DNA of 61,922 bases, filler included, from Choristocarpus tenellus KU-1152 (taxonomy: Eukaryota; Protista; Phaeophyceae): assembly GCA_964200185.2 (NCBI GenBank). It is 6 parts of 6 records of this genome, joined end to end, with 100 filler letters (N's around TTAATTAATTAA, not from the genome) between each part and the next. Parts side by side here need not be neighbours in the genome. Positions count along the whole stretch, not along the records: positions 42,981 to 54,808 come from CAXNAD020002119.1; positions 54,909 to 58,238 come from CAXNAD020020763.1; positions 58,339 to 61,922 come from CAXNAD020019115.1; 3 more parts are not named here. One strand, given 5' to 3'. A program made the translations under genes and the position numbers. The notes beneath the pieces are model-generated. The model worked only from the letters and a program-made list of their open reading frames with translations, had not been told where the DNA came from and did not search any database. Below are positions 49,465-61,922 of the stretch, one piece after another; position 1 is the first letter of the stretch, and each line of letters starts with the position of its first letter.

Positions 49465-50660
49465 TAATATTTTGTCAAGTTGTACAGCATTGTGAATGAT
49501 GGGTGCATACCATCGTTCCAGGAAAGATTCCGCAAAATTTAATGCTAGAATATCTCAATACAGAGGGGAAACTTACTGTCCAAATATTATTGGAATGCTT
49601 CCATCTTCCATCAGCTCTACTCTAGAGATAGCTTTGGGGCTATAGAGAGTAGACAGCACAATTTTATAGGATACTAAGAAGATTTGCTCTAACTGGATAC
49701 ACCATACCCTCTTCCTCCTCTTGCACGTACAGAAATGGGGTACAACCCTCGATGGAAAATGGGATAATGGCGAATATCTTGGTCCATGGTAAGAGATAGG
49801 AGACCCCTTGCTTTTCAGCGAATTTGACTAATGAAGGCGTAGCCATTTAGTCATTATGCTGACTCTGGGTTACAACCTGTTTCATCTTCACTTTTCTGTG
49901 AGACCTTGATACATGGGTGTAAGACCAAAATATCGTAGCAAGTTGTAGTGTGGAGGTGAGCGTATCCTCTAGCTCTGTCAAAGGCTTCATTATTTCCATA
50001 AAGTCACACCTTGGAAACCTATACAATGTTTTTGTTAATTTGCTCTGCTGAGAGAATCCGACCATGGTCTATCACTCGCATATATCTAAAACCGGACACT
50101 CCAGGAGTAAGACTATTTCGTGTGGATGAATGTTTTAGCAGTCTGCGCAAGAATAACCTCAATGTACCCATGTGCCTCTCTTCCTGGTCTGACAGATAAA
50201 GATACCATGTATGCATGACTCCTTGCGGAACAACAGGCCATATTACAAGCTGCGGTGGCTAGTAAGACCAATCCACTAGGAGATGTTGAGTGTACCACTA
50301 TTTGACGGATGTGTTCCAACCAGAGAGTCCAGAGTAGTACCGGATGGGATAGGAGTTGTGTGTCTTGAACGACTGACTAGCGCTTGGGCTCAAGGTTTCT
50401 CAAAGATTTGGTAGCGTTGACAAGGTGGACTGGACAAATGGGCTTATCCCAACATTTTGTGTGAGAGAAGGAGATCACGGTATGATTCACTGGTGCCTGA
50501 ACAGGGTTATCCGCTCTTGGAACATTCTGAAAATGGAGTGATCTTACATTTTGTTGAAGTGTTATTTGTGCGTGTCTGGTTCCATGTTGTGATTTTTCTT
50601 GTTCAGTAGAGAGGACGCAGTCGCAAGAGTGGGACCACACCACATGAATGGTGTAATTGA

Positions 50661-50839
50661 GGCTCAAAGTATCTGGGGGGGGTGGCGGCTGTCCATTTGG
50701 GGTCAATTTTTTGTTGTCGCGATTTTTGGGCGATTTGATTGCATAGGTCGGGTGGATAGTGTAAATGCACTTTTCCTGGTCATGGTCCAAATGGACACCC
50801 CGCTGTAGACCCTCCCCCCCCCTCCAGATACCTTGGTCC
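50661..50839 (+). mobile_element. MITE family B, full copy
   Basis: GGCTCAAAGTATCTGGGG...CCAGATACCTTGGTCC; TSD ambiguous. Confidence 0.85.
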
Positions 50840-51049
50840 TGATGTTAGATAGTATAGAAGTGCAGGTGTATTTGGAGGGTCTTCAAATGGTGACCTGCAG
50901 AATGGTTGGGCCGAGAGAGGGAAGTTGTGTATGGGTGCTTTGATATCGATATGTTCTTCTAGATGTTGAGTGTCCACAGGATTGGGGGGGGTTAATATCA
51001 CCCCCCTTAATACACCAGAATGCATATTCAATCATGTAGAGGGGTACGA

Positions 51050-51670
51050 CACCCCCCAACAGTTTTGTGGAGGCTCATGTACGGGAAGAGGGGAACAAGT
51101 TTGTATTGTGTAGCTGGTTGAAGACGCCCATTCAGTATGGTGGTTAAGTACTTAGGGTATGTGTTATATCTATGTCATAATACACCGTGAAAGGGTGCAG
51201 AGGAGTATTCATTGAGGTGATGTAGTGTTGTAAAGTATACAGTACTGGTATGTTTTGTTAAGATTAAAATCTTGAAGAATGTAGATGACAACCACTCAGG
51301 GAAGACGGTAAGTACTTCAGGATATGTATTTCGAATTGCACTAAAGGATGTAATTATGTCAGTAGTGGAGGATTCATCGGTTGCTCAATTCAATTATTTT
51401 CAACAGTGTGGGGGGGAGTGCATTGTGGTGTTAAGCGATACAAAGCAATGAATATATTTCCCCAAGCATGTTTTGGATACGCAGATGAGTAGATACACCA
51501 CCTGTTTACTGTCAGTTCTATTCTAGGTGATTGGAGATATACTCCAGGACATTTTTGTAGGTGATACCACAGGAGGAGTCTTGTTCACGTCTCTCAAGTG
51601 TTTCACCACAAAGAGGGACATCTCCAACCCTACATACATCCCGCGCCACATTCTGCTCATTGTGGGGGGC
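51050..51670 (+). mobile_element. Highly decayed Copia RT/RNase H relic
   Basis: KTVSTSGYVFRI near 51302-51337 resembles the Copia RNase H motif RxSTSGYVF; the rest is heavily degraded. Confidence 0.4.
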
Positions 51671-52361
51671 GTTTCCTTATGACGTTTTTGTACGTCCTAC
51701 TTTTTCTTGGTAATGGAGTAGAGCATACCTCCTATCTAAATACTCGGAGTAGGATATTAGTGCTCTGCATTTTACTTTTTGAAATATTGAGTTGGACGAG
51801 AAGGTCCATAGGCGTTGAAGGTTCGTAACACTTGGTTGATGATAATTATTATGTATGGAACTAGGAGGTAGGAATATAGTCATACCTTCTGTAAATCTTG
51901 CTCGAAATAGATGTATGAGGTGAAGAGCAAGGAGGATCTGATAGTACGAGAAAATTGCTAGCACAAGGTATGAAACTATTATAGGTGCGTAGAGTTTGTT
52001 AGAATGGGGGGAAATTACACATTGCTGGCAAAAAGAGCGATATTTCTAAGGTTTACATGAGGAAGCATATACTGTCGAGATTGTTTTTTTGGTTCTTGTT
52101 TGGGTATAGGTGGTACTGTTGGCAGTGATACAGGGCTCGAGAAGTGCAAAATTTAATGTTGAGGTAACCTTCAAGAGTTTCGAAACATTTGGCGTACAAG
52201 GTGAAAATCAAAGAGAGCACGGATAATTGATGCATTCTTCTCATTGCAGACACTAAATAACATGTGTATCCCTGCACGTTACTGTGTGGCAATGACTTCC
52301 AGGCCTTGTTAATTGATGTTTAGGTCACTGAAGCATTGAACGTTTTGTGCTCATGCCCTGT

Positions 52362-52618
52362 GAGCCAAAGTATCTTAGAGGGTAGAACCACGTCTATTTG
52401 GGGTCAAAATTCAATGTTGCGATTTTGATGAAATTTTGGCTATTGTGTTTGTTGGAAGTGTCAATATCTATGTTCCGGACATACCTTTTCATAACATACA
52501 CACGTTACCTGCTCCTAAACATTTTGTAGTAGGACAATGTCATAAAATAACCCAATGAAATCCAAGCCCCAAATGGATAAACAGGGCAAAACTCGTACCC
52601 TCTAAGATACTTTCACTC
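52362..52618 (+). mobile_element. MITE family A, full copy (257 bp)
   Basis: GAGCCAAAGTATCTTAGAGGGTA...TACCCTCTAAGATACTTTCACTC; flanks CTGT/CTAT. Confidence 0.9.
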
Positions 52619-53324
52619 CTATACAATGATTTCTTCAGGTCTATAGACGGGATTCCATATCTCCATCCATCTCTTCGTTCAAATCCTCGCGCTCTTCATC
52701 ACTCTCTTCTACATTATTAATCTCAGCACTCAGGGAGTGCCATCCTTAGTCCAAGAATGAGGTTTTCCTACCCCATGTAGCTCTTTGGACATATCTCGGT
52801 CCTTTTCAGTTTCAGCTTTTTCAACCAGGCACATTTGGTATCTTCAGGTAGCTTCATTCAAGTCTAGCAACTCATTCTATTGTCTTCTTCCTCTTTTGAG
52901 CATTTGGACCCTTTCCCGCGTTCTAATATTGTTCTTACCCACGATCCAACCTGTAGCCTAGTCCTCAAAACCCCAATTTTAATATACCCCTGTGTGGATC
53001 ACTTGTATATCGTGAACAGCTTTGAGCTTTTTGAATCTGAGATCTGGGACACAGCGCACAGTCTCCCAGCTACGACATGGAGGAATCTGTTGCTTCATGG
53101 GATATCGTGAGGTTAAAATTATTCCAAACCCAATTGGTGTACCTCACATTGACCTCTCGGCCTCTACCCAACCCTGTGCAACCAGTAGGACTTTCCTGCA
53201 GACGAATTTTATTAATTCGTTGCTTAGAAGGAAGTGAAGTTCACCTGTTCGTGAGGATATCTACCTTGTTATCAATTGTTTTCTACTTTTTTGGCCAATT
53301 TCACTCTTCAATCTTATGTCGATA

Positions 53325-53505
53325 GGCTCATAGTATCTGTGGGGGCATGGCGGCTGTCCATTTGGGACCCACTTTTCCATGTCACGATTTTTGGGTGATT
53401 TGGTTGCATGCGTCAGATGGACAATATAGGTGCACTTCTCCTGCTTAGGGCCCAAATGGACACCCTGGTGTAGACCTCCCCCCACCCTCCCAGATACTTT
53501 GAGCC
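53325..53505 (+). mobile_element. MITE family B, full copy
   Basis: GGCTCATAGTATCTG...CAGATACTTTGAGCC; no clear TSD. Confidence 0.85.
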
Positions 53506-54908
53506 ACAACTTGCTCTTTTTCATACATTAATTCTTCCTACTTTTTCCGTTCGGAATTAAATATAACATCACATTTGCAAGCTCCGTTCTCGCCTAGGAA
53601 CGACCCACACAATAAACCCTCTGGACCACGCATAGTTCTCATATAGATTGGGAGGGGTACATAGTTCAAGAGCGTGGGCTGTCATGACTGTGGAGGCTCG
53701 CTAGTGCAAAGTCGACCAAGTCGCACTTGACAGGATTTTAAAGCCTCGTGAAACTGTCAAAGTGGTATTTATTGGGATGCCTAGGACGAAAGCCCTGTTC
53801 AAATAGACTCTTCCAACTGTAACGGATATCATTAGTAGTATACATGCAGAGTCAGAATACAAGAATTATTAGTTGGTTAACCCGTATTTGTTGTTGTATA
53901 CGAATCGATAGGAATTGATTAAATTAAGCATTATGTTTCGGGGTTGTATAAGGTCGCCTCCTCTGGTTGGGAATAATCACTTCTACAACATTCGCTAATA
54001 CTCCTGTATTTATCTCTTCTATACATACATGAGTCGGAGGATACTTTAACACAATATATTGGAACCGTAGGTTTCTACCTGTGCTTATCATGTCTTCCCT
54101 AGGAGAAAGGACACCACTCCATGGTAAGGGTCGAAGCGAAGCCATCTTTATTAAAGATCGTTATCTGCAACTCTCCTCTACCGGACTCAGCATTCAGAGT
54201 GATATCAGCCGGAGATTAAGTTCTTCAGCAGTATCATGATCTTCCTTTTGATCTTGATCCCTACAGGAGAAGGCAACAAACAAAGGCCCAACCACCCAAC
54301 CGCCCAAATTGGTGGTCAACTCCAACTGCCGTGATTGGAGAAGGCGGTTCATGATCCACATTAAGTACACTGGCTGTTTATCTGCACTAATTGCCCCAGG
54401 ACCGATCAATCAGGAGCAATCGCAGGAGGAACAACTTGCTGATGGGTTTAGTATGAATGAGATTTGGATGGCTGAGTTGTTACAGACGATATGTCTTGAT
54501 GGCGGTTTCATAAACGCTATTACGACACTGAAGTTCTAGATTTGATATATTTATACTTCTTGACTATTTATTTATTATTTGGTCATTATGGTCCCCGATT
54601 GTGTTAAGACATCGTAGACCAGTTCCTTTTTATATGATGATATTGATGATAATCCAAGTGAGAGATCCAGCATACTCAACAACTTGTGCATCAGGAGTCC
54701 CATACGTACATCAGTATCATCTATAGGCCCGTAGATTGGAGCTATACATCCTGTGGAGGTAAGCTTTCGGGGGCGCCTGTAACATGGAGATCCTACGGAG
54801 ACTTCCACNNNNNNNNNNNNNNNNNNNNNNNNNNNNNNNNNNNNNNNNNNNNTTAATTAATTAANNNNNNNNNNNNNNNNNNNNNNNNNNNNNNNNNNNN
54901 NNNNNNNN

Positions 54909-56396
54909 CCCCACCCAAACATTATTTAACAACAAACCAGACATCTCTTCTGCTCTAGCTCGATCCCATAAATCACATTCGAGAGAGCTACGTGCTGCTC
55001 TTACGGTCTTGGGTTCTGGAGGGAACTCATCCGCTAACACTCTAATAGTATCATCACTCGCACACATCACAAGGGTAGTTTCTATGGAAACAGAAAACAA
55101 GTAATAAAAAAATGGACATGTTAAAAACAGCAGCTTTGGCGGAAGTGGGATGATTGCCTGATCTGGTGCGGTGGGGAAGGATGTTGTCGTCACCGTTGTT
55201 GCCAATGCTGAGTCGTTGTAATTCCCTTTTACATTGGCTGTCCTTAGCCTCGTCCACACCATCATCATCACCATCATTATTGTCCTCAGTCTCGTCCACC
55301 TCGTCATTATTACTATCATTGTTGTCCTCAGTCTCCCTCACAAGTTCACCACTATCCCATGCGTCATCAGATTCATCACCATCACCTAGTCCCACCTTCA
55401 ATCCAGGTGATTTCATCATCATAATCTCATTCACCTTCTATGTCCTGGATTTCTCCTGTCCTTCTTCGTGCATGTAGAGGAAGGATGTACCCTGAAGTGT
55501 CATCCAAATCTTCATCAGTCCTTCTACGTGCATGTGGAGGAAGGATATACCCTGGAGTGTCTTCCAAATCTTCATGATCCCGGTCAACATCAGAGATTGG
55601 AAAACGGACTTTGCCATCCTTGGTGGGGTGCCAATGTATGTTGGCTCGCTAAGTACACGACTAGTAGTGAAGTCTAGTATGCGGAAAGTGCCACGGGGTT
55701 GATTATCAGATATACCAACCATGATGCACTGCTGCCCACGACTCCCAAGCTTGTGCCCTGGACTAGACTTGTAGTATCCAGGAGTACCAAAACCTGGGAC
55801 ACTCATTAGGGGTCCAATTTCCCCATACGAAGCTCGATAAGGGGAGGTCCCCTTATTAGCAACGGTTACACTTCTGTTGAGGATGTATAAGCTGAATGGT
55901 TGTATGCCTCTCCCCACAACCACATTTTGTTCTCCAATCCCACAGAATAAATGCTGTCCCTGGCACCACTATCCACTTGGGCGATTCGACATTCGACCAC
56001 ATCATTATACTGGGGTTTCCCTGTCCTAGTCATGTCCTGTACCGCACCCATTTTCAGTACCAAGTCCTGGAATTCCTCACTCCGCCACTCACCCCCTGGT
56101 TCATCATGTCGAATATATTGAATGGGTCGCCCACTGGGAAGTACCTCGGTCTTAAACCATCGCCCAAGAGCCTTGGCTGCATTGTTCTTCTTCTGGAGTA
56201 ATCATCTCCAGATGAAGCGAGTTGCACCATCGACGATTGCCAGAGCGTACTGAGCCCCACCAAGGGATTTAACTTTCTTCGGTCCTGTGAGGTCAAATAA
56301 AGATGCGAGTGAAGGGTCCCCTGTTAAAACATAGGCTACTCATCTGTTTGTTCCTTGATACGATACAGTTCCACCAGTCAACACTGACTGTTGATT
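54909..56396 (-). mobile_element. Ty1/Copia LTR retrotransposon pol relic (integrase, SH3-like region, linker, start of RT)
   Basis: DLTGPKKVKSLGGAQYALAIVDGATRFIW, IRHDEPGGEW, KPQYNDVVECRI, LWGEAYNHSAY, KLGSRGQQCIMVG, then EPKTVRAA..WDRARAEEMSGLLLNNVW; integrase-before-RT order is diagnostic for Copia; stops and frameshifts present. Confidence 0.9.
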
Positions 56397-57029
56397 NNNN
56401 NNNNNNGCATCAACTACAATCAGAACACCTTAGTACAGAACAGTCGCTCTGCGTTCCACACAAATATTATAGCATAGTGTACGTCACTTGAGTTACATCA
56501 CATATATTCGTTCAATTTTGTTCTGTTGTTTTCTTGTATGTTTTTCTTTCACTCTTTCTTCTTATCAGCAGAAGATGCCAGTTGTACGTTGATAGTTGAT
56601 TATTATTTCCGTTGTGACTGCCATTGATCCCTCTAATTGCACCAAGGTCACTCTGCAAACTGTCTACCAAACACACACGTGGATGTAATATAATCATGGT
56701 TAAAAACATCAGCAGAAACCCTTGCCAGCCAAGGTAACAAGTCTCTACACAGAGCATGGACTTCTTTCGTTTAGTATTTCATGTGAAAGAACACTGAATA
56801 TACATCACATCATTCTGGACTGAGCAACTAAGAATACTGAATTCACATCGCATCATTCTTGACTGAGAGATTAATGACCTCAGTTACAACAGAATAAATA
56901 CATCGGTACTTTGCAGCACAATCACACCTATCCATAGACTACGCATATCACTCATCGGCACTTTGCGACACTATGATTCCTCATCGCTTGTAGTCTACGC
57001 ATTTTGCTTACATGTACGATGCATTTGAT

Positions 57030-58170
57030 TCAGGTTTCAACAGGTTATGATCCTCAACACTTGATCGAAACATACAACAACACATTTGCCCGACCTTTTC
57101 TTGTACTTTCACCAACTGCACACTAGACAAACCCAATGTACCGCTATGGAATGCAAGCTAACACCACCTATTTCCCCTGGCGGTGACTCCCCCTGAACCG
57201 TGTTCGAAATCTTCTTCGTGAGCATCTGGAGCTGTGTGAACCCTTCGGACCCAGCGAGTTTTGATCCAGCGCGCTTCACGTCTTTTCACCACTGCTACTC
57301 CACCTACCATCCCATACGAGGAAGTTGACGACCAGCTGTTACACAGTCTCGTTGCTACCTGCCACGGACCTGCGCAAGATCTTCATGGACTCCAGCAGGG
57401 GGCAATAGTCCCGATCAGTGTCTCATGCACCTTCACAAGACAAAAAGCTGAGTCGGGGACCCCTCAGCCTTATTCCTATATTGATCGAGCTCTCCACTGC
57501 AGCTACTGTCACCGACCTGGACACCACCTGTGCCATTTTCCAATTGTCCTCCTGTCCCCACCTCACCACCACCCGATGCCCCCTCCCCACCATCAATCAT
57601 GACCAAGCACACACTCACAGTACAAGGCACACCCACAACCGACCTCACCACAATCATACCTCACCCTGATTGCACAGCTCCTCCCCTGGCTAATCCCTCC
57701 AGTCAAACACACCACCCACCACCTCTTGTCACACCCTCCCATTTTACCCCTGCCCACCCCATCAGTACCCCCGGTATTGGGAACCTCCATCTCCCTACAA
57801 ATTGGCAAGCCACCTTTACTGGACTGTTGCAGCAACATTCATCATCACCTGTCTCATTGTCCTTCATTGTCCTGCTGGTACCTGTTTCGAGCCGTCATTT
57901 GTGTACTCCACCTGTGCTATGGCGACTACTGGCTGGACTACAGTGACTACCCACACCCACATCTACTGAATTACAATGGCCAGACACGAATTTCGGAGCT
58001 TGGACGCTTTGTACTCCTTGGATTTCTCCCCGCGTGTCCCCCCTCCCCAATCCTCCACCTTCTCACCCACAACATCCCCACACCCGCCCTTCCGTCTTTA
58101 CCTATGCACTCCACCGACCAACTGACACCCTAAGCCACCTTGACTCCACCCCAGAACTTCACATCGTTCA
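57030..58170 (+). mobile_element. Decayed LTR retrotransposon 5' region (possible PBS and gag zinc knuckle), probably Copia
   Basis: CAACA/GGTTATGATCC near 57038-57053 resembles an LTR end plus Copia GGTTATG-type PBS; CSYCHRPGHHLCHF is a degenerate CX2CX4HX4C knuckle. Confidence 0.45.
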
Positions 58171-58175
58171 TGTAT

Positions 58176-58238
58176 GAGTGAACTATCTTAGAGGGTACGA
58201 ATTTTTCCCTGTTTGTCCATTTGTGGGCTTGGCTTCCC
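58176..58238 (-). mobile_element. MITE family A terminal fragment at contig end
   Basis: GAGTGAACTATCTTAGAGGGTACGAATTTTTCCCTGTTTGTCCATTTG. Confidence 0.85.
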
Positions 58239-58338
58239 NNNNNNNNNNNNNNNNNNNNNNNNNNNNNNNNNNNNNNNNNNNNTTAATTAATTAANNNNNN
58301 NNNNNNNNNNNNNNNNNNNNNNNNNNNNNNNNNNNNNN

Positions 58339-58357
58339 CCCCCAGATACTTTGGGTC
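58339..58357. mobile_element. MITE family B terminus at contig start
   Basis: CCCCCAGATACTTTGGGTC matches the family B TIR. Confidence 0.6.
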
Positions 58358-58997
58358 TCAAGTGAGATAGACACCTGAGGTGCTGTCATATTTTTTTTGG
58401 TTTTTTCAAAAAACATCTTCAAGCTTTCTGAATCCTCCTGCTGATCTCTGTAGTGATACAGGCATCCGACAGTACCTGACAGTACCTGACAGTACCTCTA
58501 AGGTATACAAACTATTCACTCTGTATCGTCCAGTGCCTTGATCTGCATGGTTAGGGCAGCCTAATTTGTAAGACGAAGACATGTGATATATGTCTCTAAT
58601 GTTAACACATTCACATCGAATGATCTGGCCACCTTCACAAGCTCTGTGATCTTGTGTCCCAAATTCCTTGGACAATGCTGACATCATCAGCATGAAGCAT
58701 AACCCACAAACCACTCAAGTGTTGTCCTACACCCTAGTGCTCCTCCTTCTGATCTGGTTGTGTGTGGTCGCTCTCTTGATGACAACGAGGTCCTTGGATA
58801 TGTATGGGTCAGAGGTGAACGTTTCACTAAAACATCAACAACAGCAACTCACGTACAAAAAAGTGTAATATCGCGCAGGTAGGTGTTGCTCGCGGTGTCA
58901 ACTTCGCGCGATAGGTAACCCCAGTCACAGTTCACATGACAAAGTAACCCAACACTGCGTGATTCTTGTTACCTAGTGGAGGAGTGACGGGGTCATC

Positions 58998-60204
58998 ATG
59001 CCCCCTCTATCCTGTGGGAGGGTACTCACGATGTTCACGTTGGCTCGAGCTTCAGTGGCCTTTGCACCTCACAATGCCGGATCTTGGGTGGGGAGGGCGA
59101 GATGGTCAGTGCCACCAAGAACTCGACCAACGCAGGTTTCTCGTTGGGCAACTTCGCAGGTAAGCAAGAAGAGGGGAGTACGATTTACCCTTCTTCTAGT
59201 TCTTCTATCGATTTCTTCCATGTACTGAAGCAGGAGATATGCTCACCTCCATTATCCTGATGTGTAATTGACAGGTGTGGTCAGTTGATCGGAGCATGAT
59301 GTCGATCGCAACTGGGGGTGCAGGAGGAGTGGGAGGGAACGGAGGTGGGAAGCCATACTACCTGACAACTCCAATATACTACGTCAACGATAAGCCTCAC
59401 ATAGGACATGCTTATACGACACTCGCGTGCGATGTCATCGCCCGCTTCATGCGCCTCGATGGGAGGAATGTCATGTTCCTTACAGGCACAGATGAGCACG
59501 GACAGAAAGTGGAACAGTCCGCCAACAAGCTGGGAATGACCCCTCAAGATTTCTGCAACGATGTATCACAAACCTTCAGGTGCGATACTTGCATTTGTTG
59601 GAATCCCCTCTCTCAACCGCAACAGCAACAACAGCATTCTAGGTGCTACTCATACTTCCTTTGGGCACTCCCAATACCACTTCTCATCCTCGACGATAAC
59701 ACCTGGTTGAGAAATCTGTAGAAGGAGTTGGAACCTGGAATACAGTGAAAATCGATCGAGTTATGGCAGAGTACAGTTTTGATCCAACCCCCTGGTACAA
59801 ATATCCAAGTGGCAATAGTATCTAACAGGTATCACATCTCACGCCTTGAAAAGACCTTAATTGGAGCCAACCATAATAGCAATACATGGTGAGGAAAATG
59901 GAACATACTATCAAGAGAGGGAATACCCAATTTACACAACCCTGGGTTAAAGTGAGACAGCACTTCCACCCCAAATCTTGCAACCTTGTCAAACCACAAA
60001 CATCCCTCAAGACGGTGTTTAGATGCACCTCAAACGCCGACCAACCTCGACCAACCCCCGACCCCAACCTCTGATCATCGTTGATGAACTGGGCAGGGAC
60101 TTGCTTGGGACAATGGGGTTCAGCAATGACAAGTTTATCCGCACCACAGATGCTGACCATATGCGGGGCGCCACCTCCCTATGGAATGCTCTTCAAGAAC
60201 AAGG
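58998..60204 (+). CDS. metG: Organellar (plastid/mitochondrial) methionyl-tRNA synthetase, first three exons
   Basis: Exons 58998-59159 (presequence with ASVAFAP), 59275-59579 (YYLTTPIYYVNDKPHIGHAYTTLACDVIARFMRLDG..LTGTDEHGQKV), 60097-60204 (DKFIRTTDADH); HIGH motif, phase-consistent; the gene must continue downstream. Confidence 0.95.
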
Positions 60205-61055
60205 GTACGAGGGGCCTGAGTATTGTTGCCCCCTGGTAGTCTTCGGGGTTGTGAGATTTTTTTTTAGCGTAGGTGTATTCTCTTGAGCAAACAGAACTAC
60301 TTGCCTACCATGCCTTGACACTATAGGCAATAGAGAATGTACTCCATTGCCACTCCTGAGGCTGTTTTTGGCCCCAGTATTTGAGACCATGGTGTGCCCC
60401 TAAGTGATCGAGCTGTTTGTGCTCATCAAGCCTCAATTTCTGTTCAGAATGCGAAATTTTATTGGCCTCTTGTTCTAGAATTCTTCGAACAAGGTGGAGT
60501 CTATGGTGTTATCTCGTGTGCGTGTCACTGTCTTCCTTGATGAGTTGAGCCTGTGTCTCCCTTTCTAACCTCTCAACCCTCCTCACACATGCCTACTCAA
60601 CATTCTATCCCCAACAACATGTCTTTCTCCCAAAGGTGTAGGGAGTGGTCTAGAGACAGGGCTAGGGTTGGGAGTTACTGATCTAATATCATGGACCGCA
60701 TCAGTTTCCCTCTTTCATTCACCCCAGGGTATTCATGTCGTGAGATATTTGAGGCAGAGTATCGACGGCACTGTCCTATTTTTGGATGCATACAGCACAT
60801 AGGAAAAACATCCTTTAGTAGGTTTTTTTGGATCTCTGGAAGATAACATTCGCAGGATTTTTGACTCTAGGTGCTGCTCTCGTTCTGAATCTCTGTTGCC
60901 GCTTGAAGGAAATTTTAGACGGAACAACAAAATTGGTTTGTTGCAATCACACATCACACATCACACATCACACGAGGTAGTCGTGGTTGTTTCTCATGAC
61001 TGTTTCATTAGCCTCAGGCTGCCCAGACCCATGGTCGGAAAGGTAGTCAGAATAA

Positions 61056-61090
<35 letters not shown>

Positions 61091-61922
61091 TGGAGATATT
61101 CGGTTAACTTAAACAGAAGTATATAGATGGAGGCGCATCGGCAGATAGCTGGAAATGTGAAAAGTGTCTCTTTTCAGCACCAATTATCACCGTGAATTGG
61201 GTGCTGTGAACTGGAGAAAATGAGACATATCTGTACTTTTGGGGTTAGGGCTAGGATTATCGTGTACGTGATTGCGTTCCCCCCCCTACCAAAAACCCTC
61301 CAAACGCATACCACCTTTCAGGCGTGTCTCTGTTTTTTTTCTGTAGGGCCTATTGTACAAGCGCATCTCCAAACACCTGCTCTCAAACAGTATACCTTTT
61401 TGGGGTCCGACACGTACCCTATTTCGACCTTGTTTTTGAAAACGATTCGCATTGTTCTCAGAGCTGTCAGTGTGTGCGTGCGTATATGCATGTGCCTTGC
61501 CGCCTCACCAAATTTTTTTTTAGGAAATTTCGACAAACTTTTTTTTTCAAGGAAATTTCAAGAGTTTTTTTTTTGTCGTTGCCATGTTTTTTTTTGTTTT
61601 GTTATTTTAAACGTTGTTAATTCTACAGTAACGGTATTTACAGTTTACTAGGATTAGGGTTGTGGACTGTATTGGGAGAGGCGGGGAACCGTGCTGCGTC
61701 TTAGAACGTAACTGTCATAATAACAATAATAAAGTGCTGGTGGGGACTGCGAGATGTTCGAGCGTCCCGTCAGGCGACCCTGTTGACAGACAGGCGGAAT
61801 GACAAATTAACTGAGAAAACAAATGAGTTTTTTTTTTTTTTTTTTAGTTGTTTTTTAGATTTTTTTTTTAATAACAATAATTATTAATGTTTAAAAAAAA
61901 AAAATTTAATCGTTATATTTAG

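Noticed and set aside
157-58357. Dispersed palindromic repeats as a CRISPR-like array or ncRNA family
   Set aside because: Copies are kilobases apart, in both orientations, with TIRs and 4-bp TSDs: MITEs, not repeat-spacer arrays. No cas-like ORFs seen.

Overview
Eukaryotic, intron-rich nuclear DNA, most likely from a stramenopile and probably a brown alga (inferred from GT-AG introns, an ASAFAP-type bipartite presequence, CRE-like retrotransposon motifs and TTAGGG repeats). The window is six unrelated contigs joined by artificial 100-nt N/TTAATTAATTAA/N linkers. Genes reconstructed by hand from phase-consistent exons: a minus-strand ferric-reductase/NADPH-oxidase-like gene with a very large FAD-domain insertion and two in-frame stops (5431-14676), an MPDU1-like PQ-loop protein (16422-19226), a low-complexity gene of unknown function (about 23330-32380), a CRAL-TRIO/Sec14 protein (35945-41165), a MORN-repeat protein built from duplicated three-exon modules (43512-48767) and the 5' part of an organellar methionyl-tRNA synthetase (58998-60204). 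Mobile DNA: two related MITE families with 4-bp TSDs (at least 14 full or partial copies), a 5'-truncated CRE-like non-LTR element and several Copia relics. The most unusual signals are: (i) a 1.4-kb AT-rich patchwork of 60-90-nt bacterial gene scraps (alphaproteobacterial-type rho, ettA and probable others, on both strands) directly 5' of the CRE-like element; (ii) MITE ends with a bipartite structure whose inner motif sits exactly 10 bp (one helical turn) further in at one end than at the other; (iii) about 25 short interstitial telomere tracts confined to two contigs, some inside coding exons. All calls are by eye; no database searches were run.
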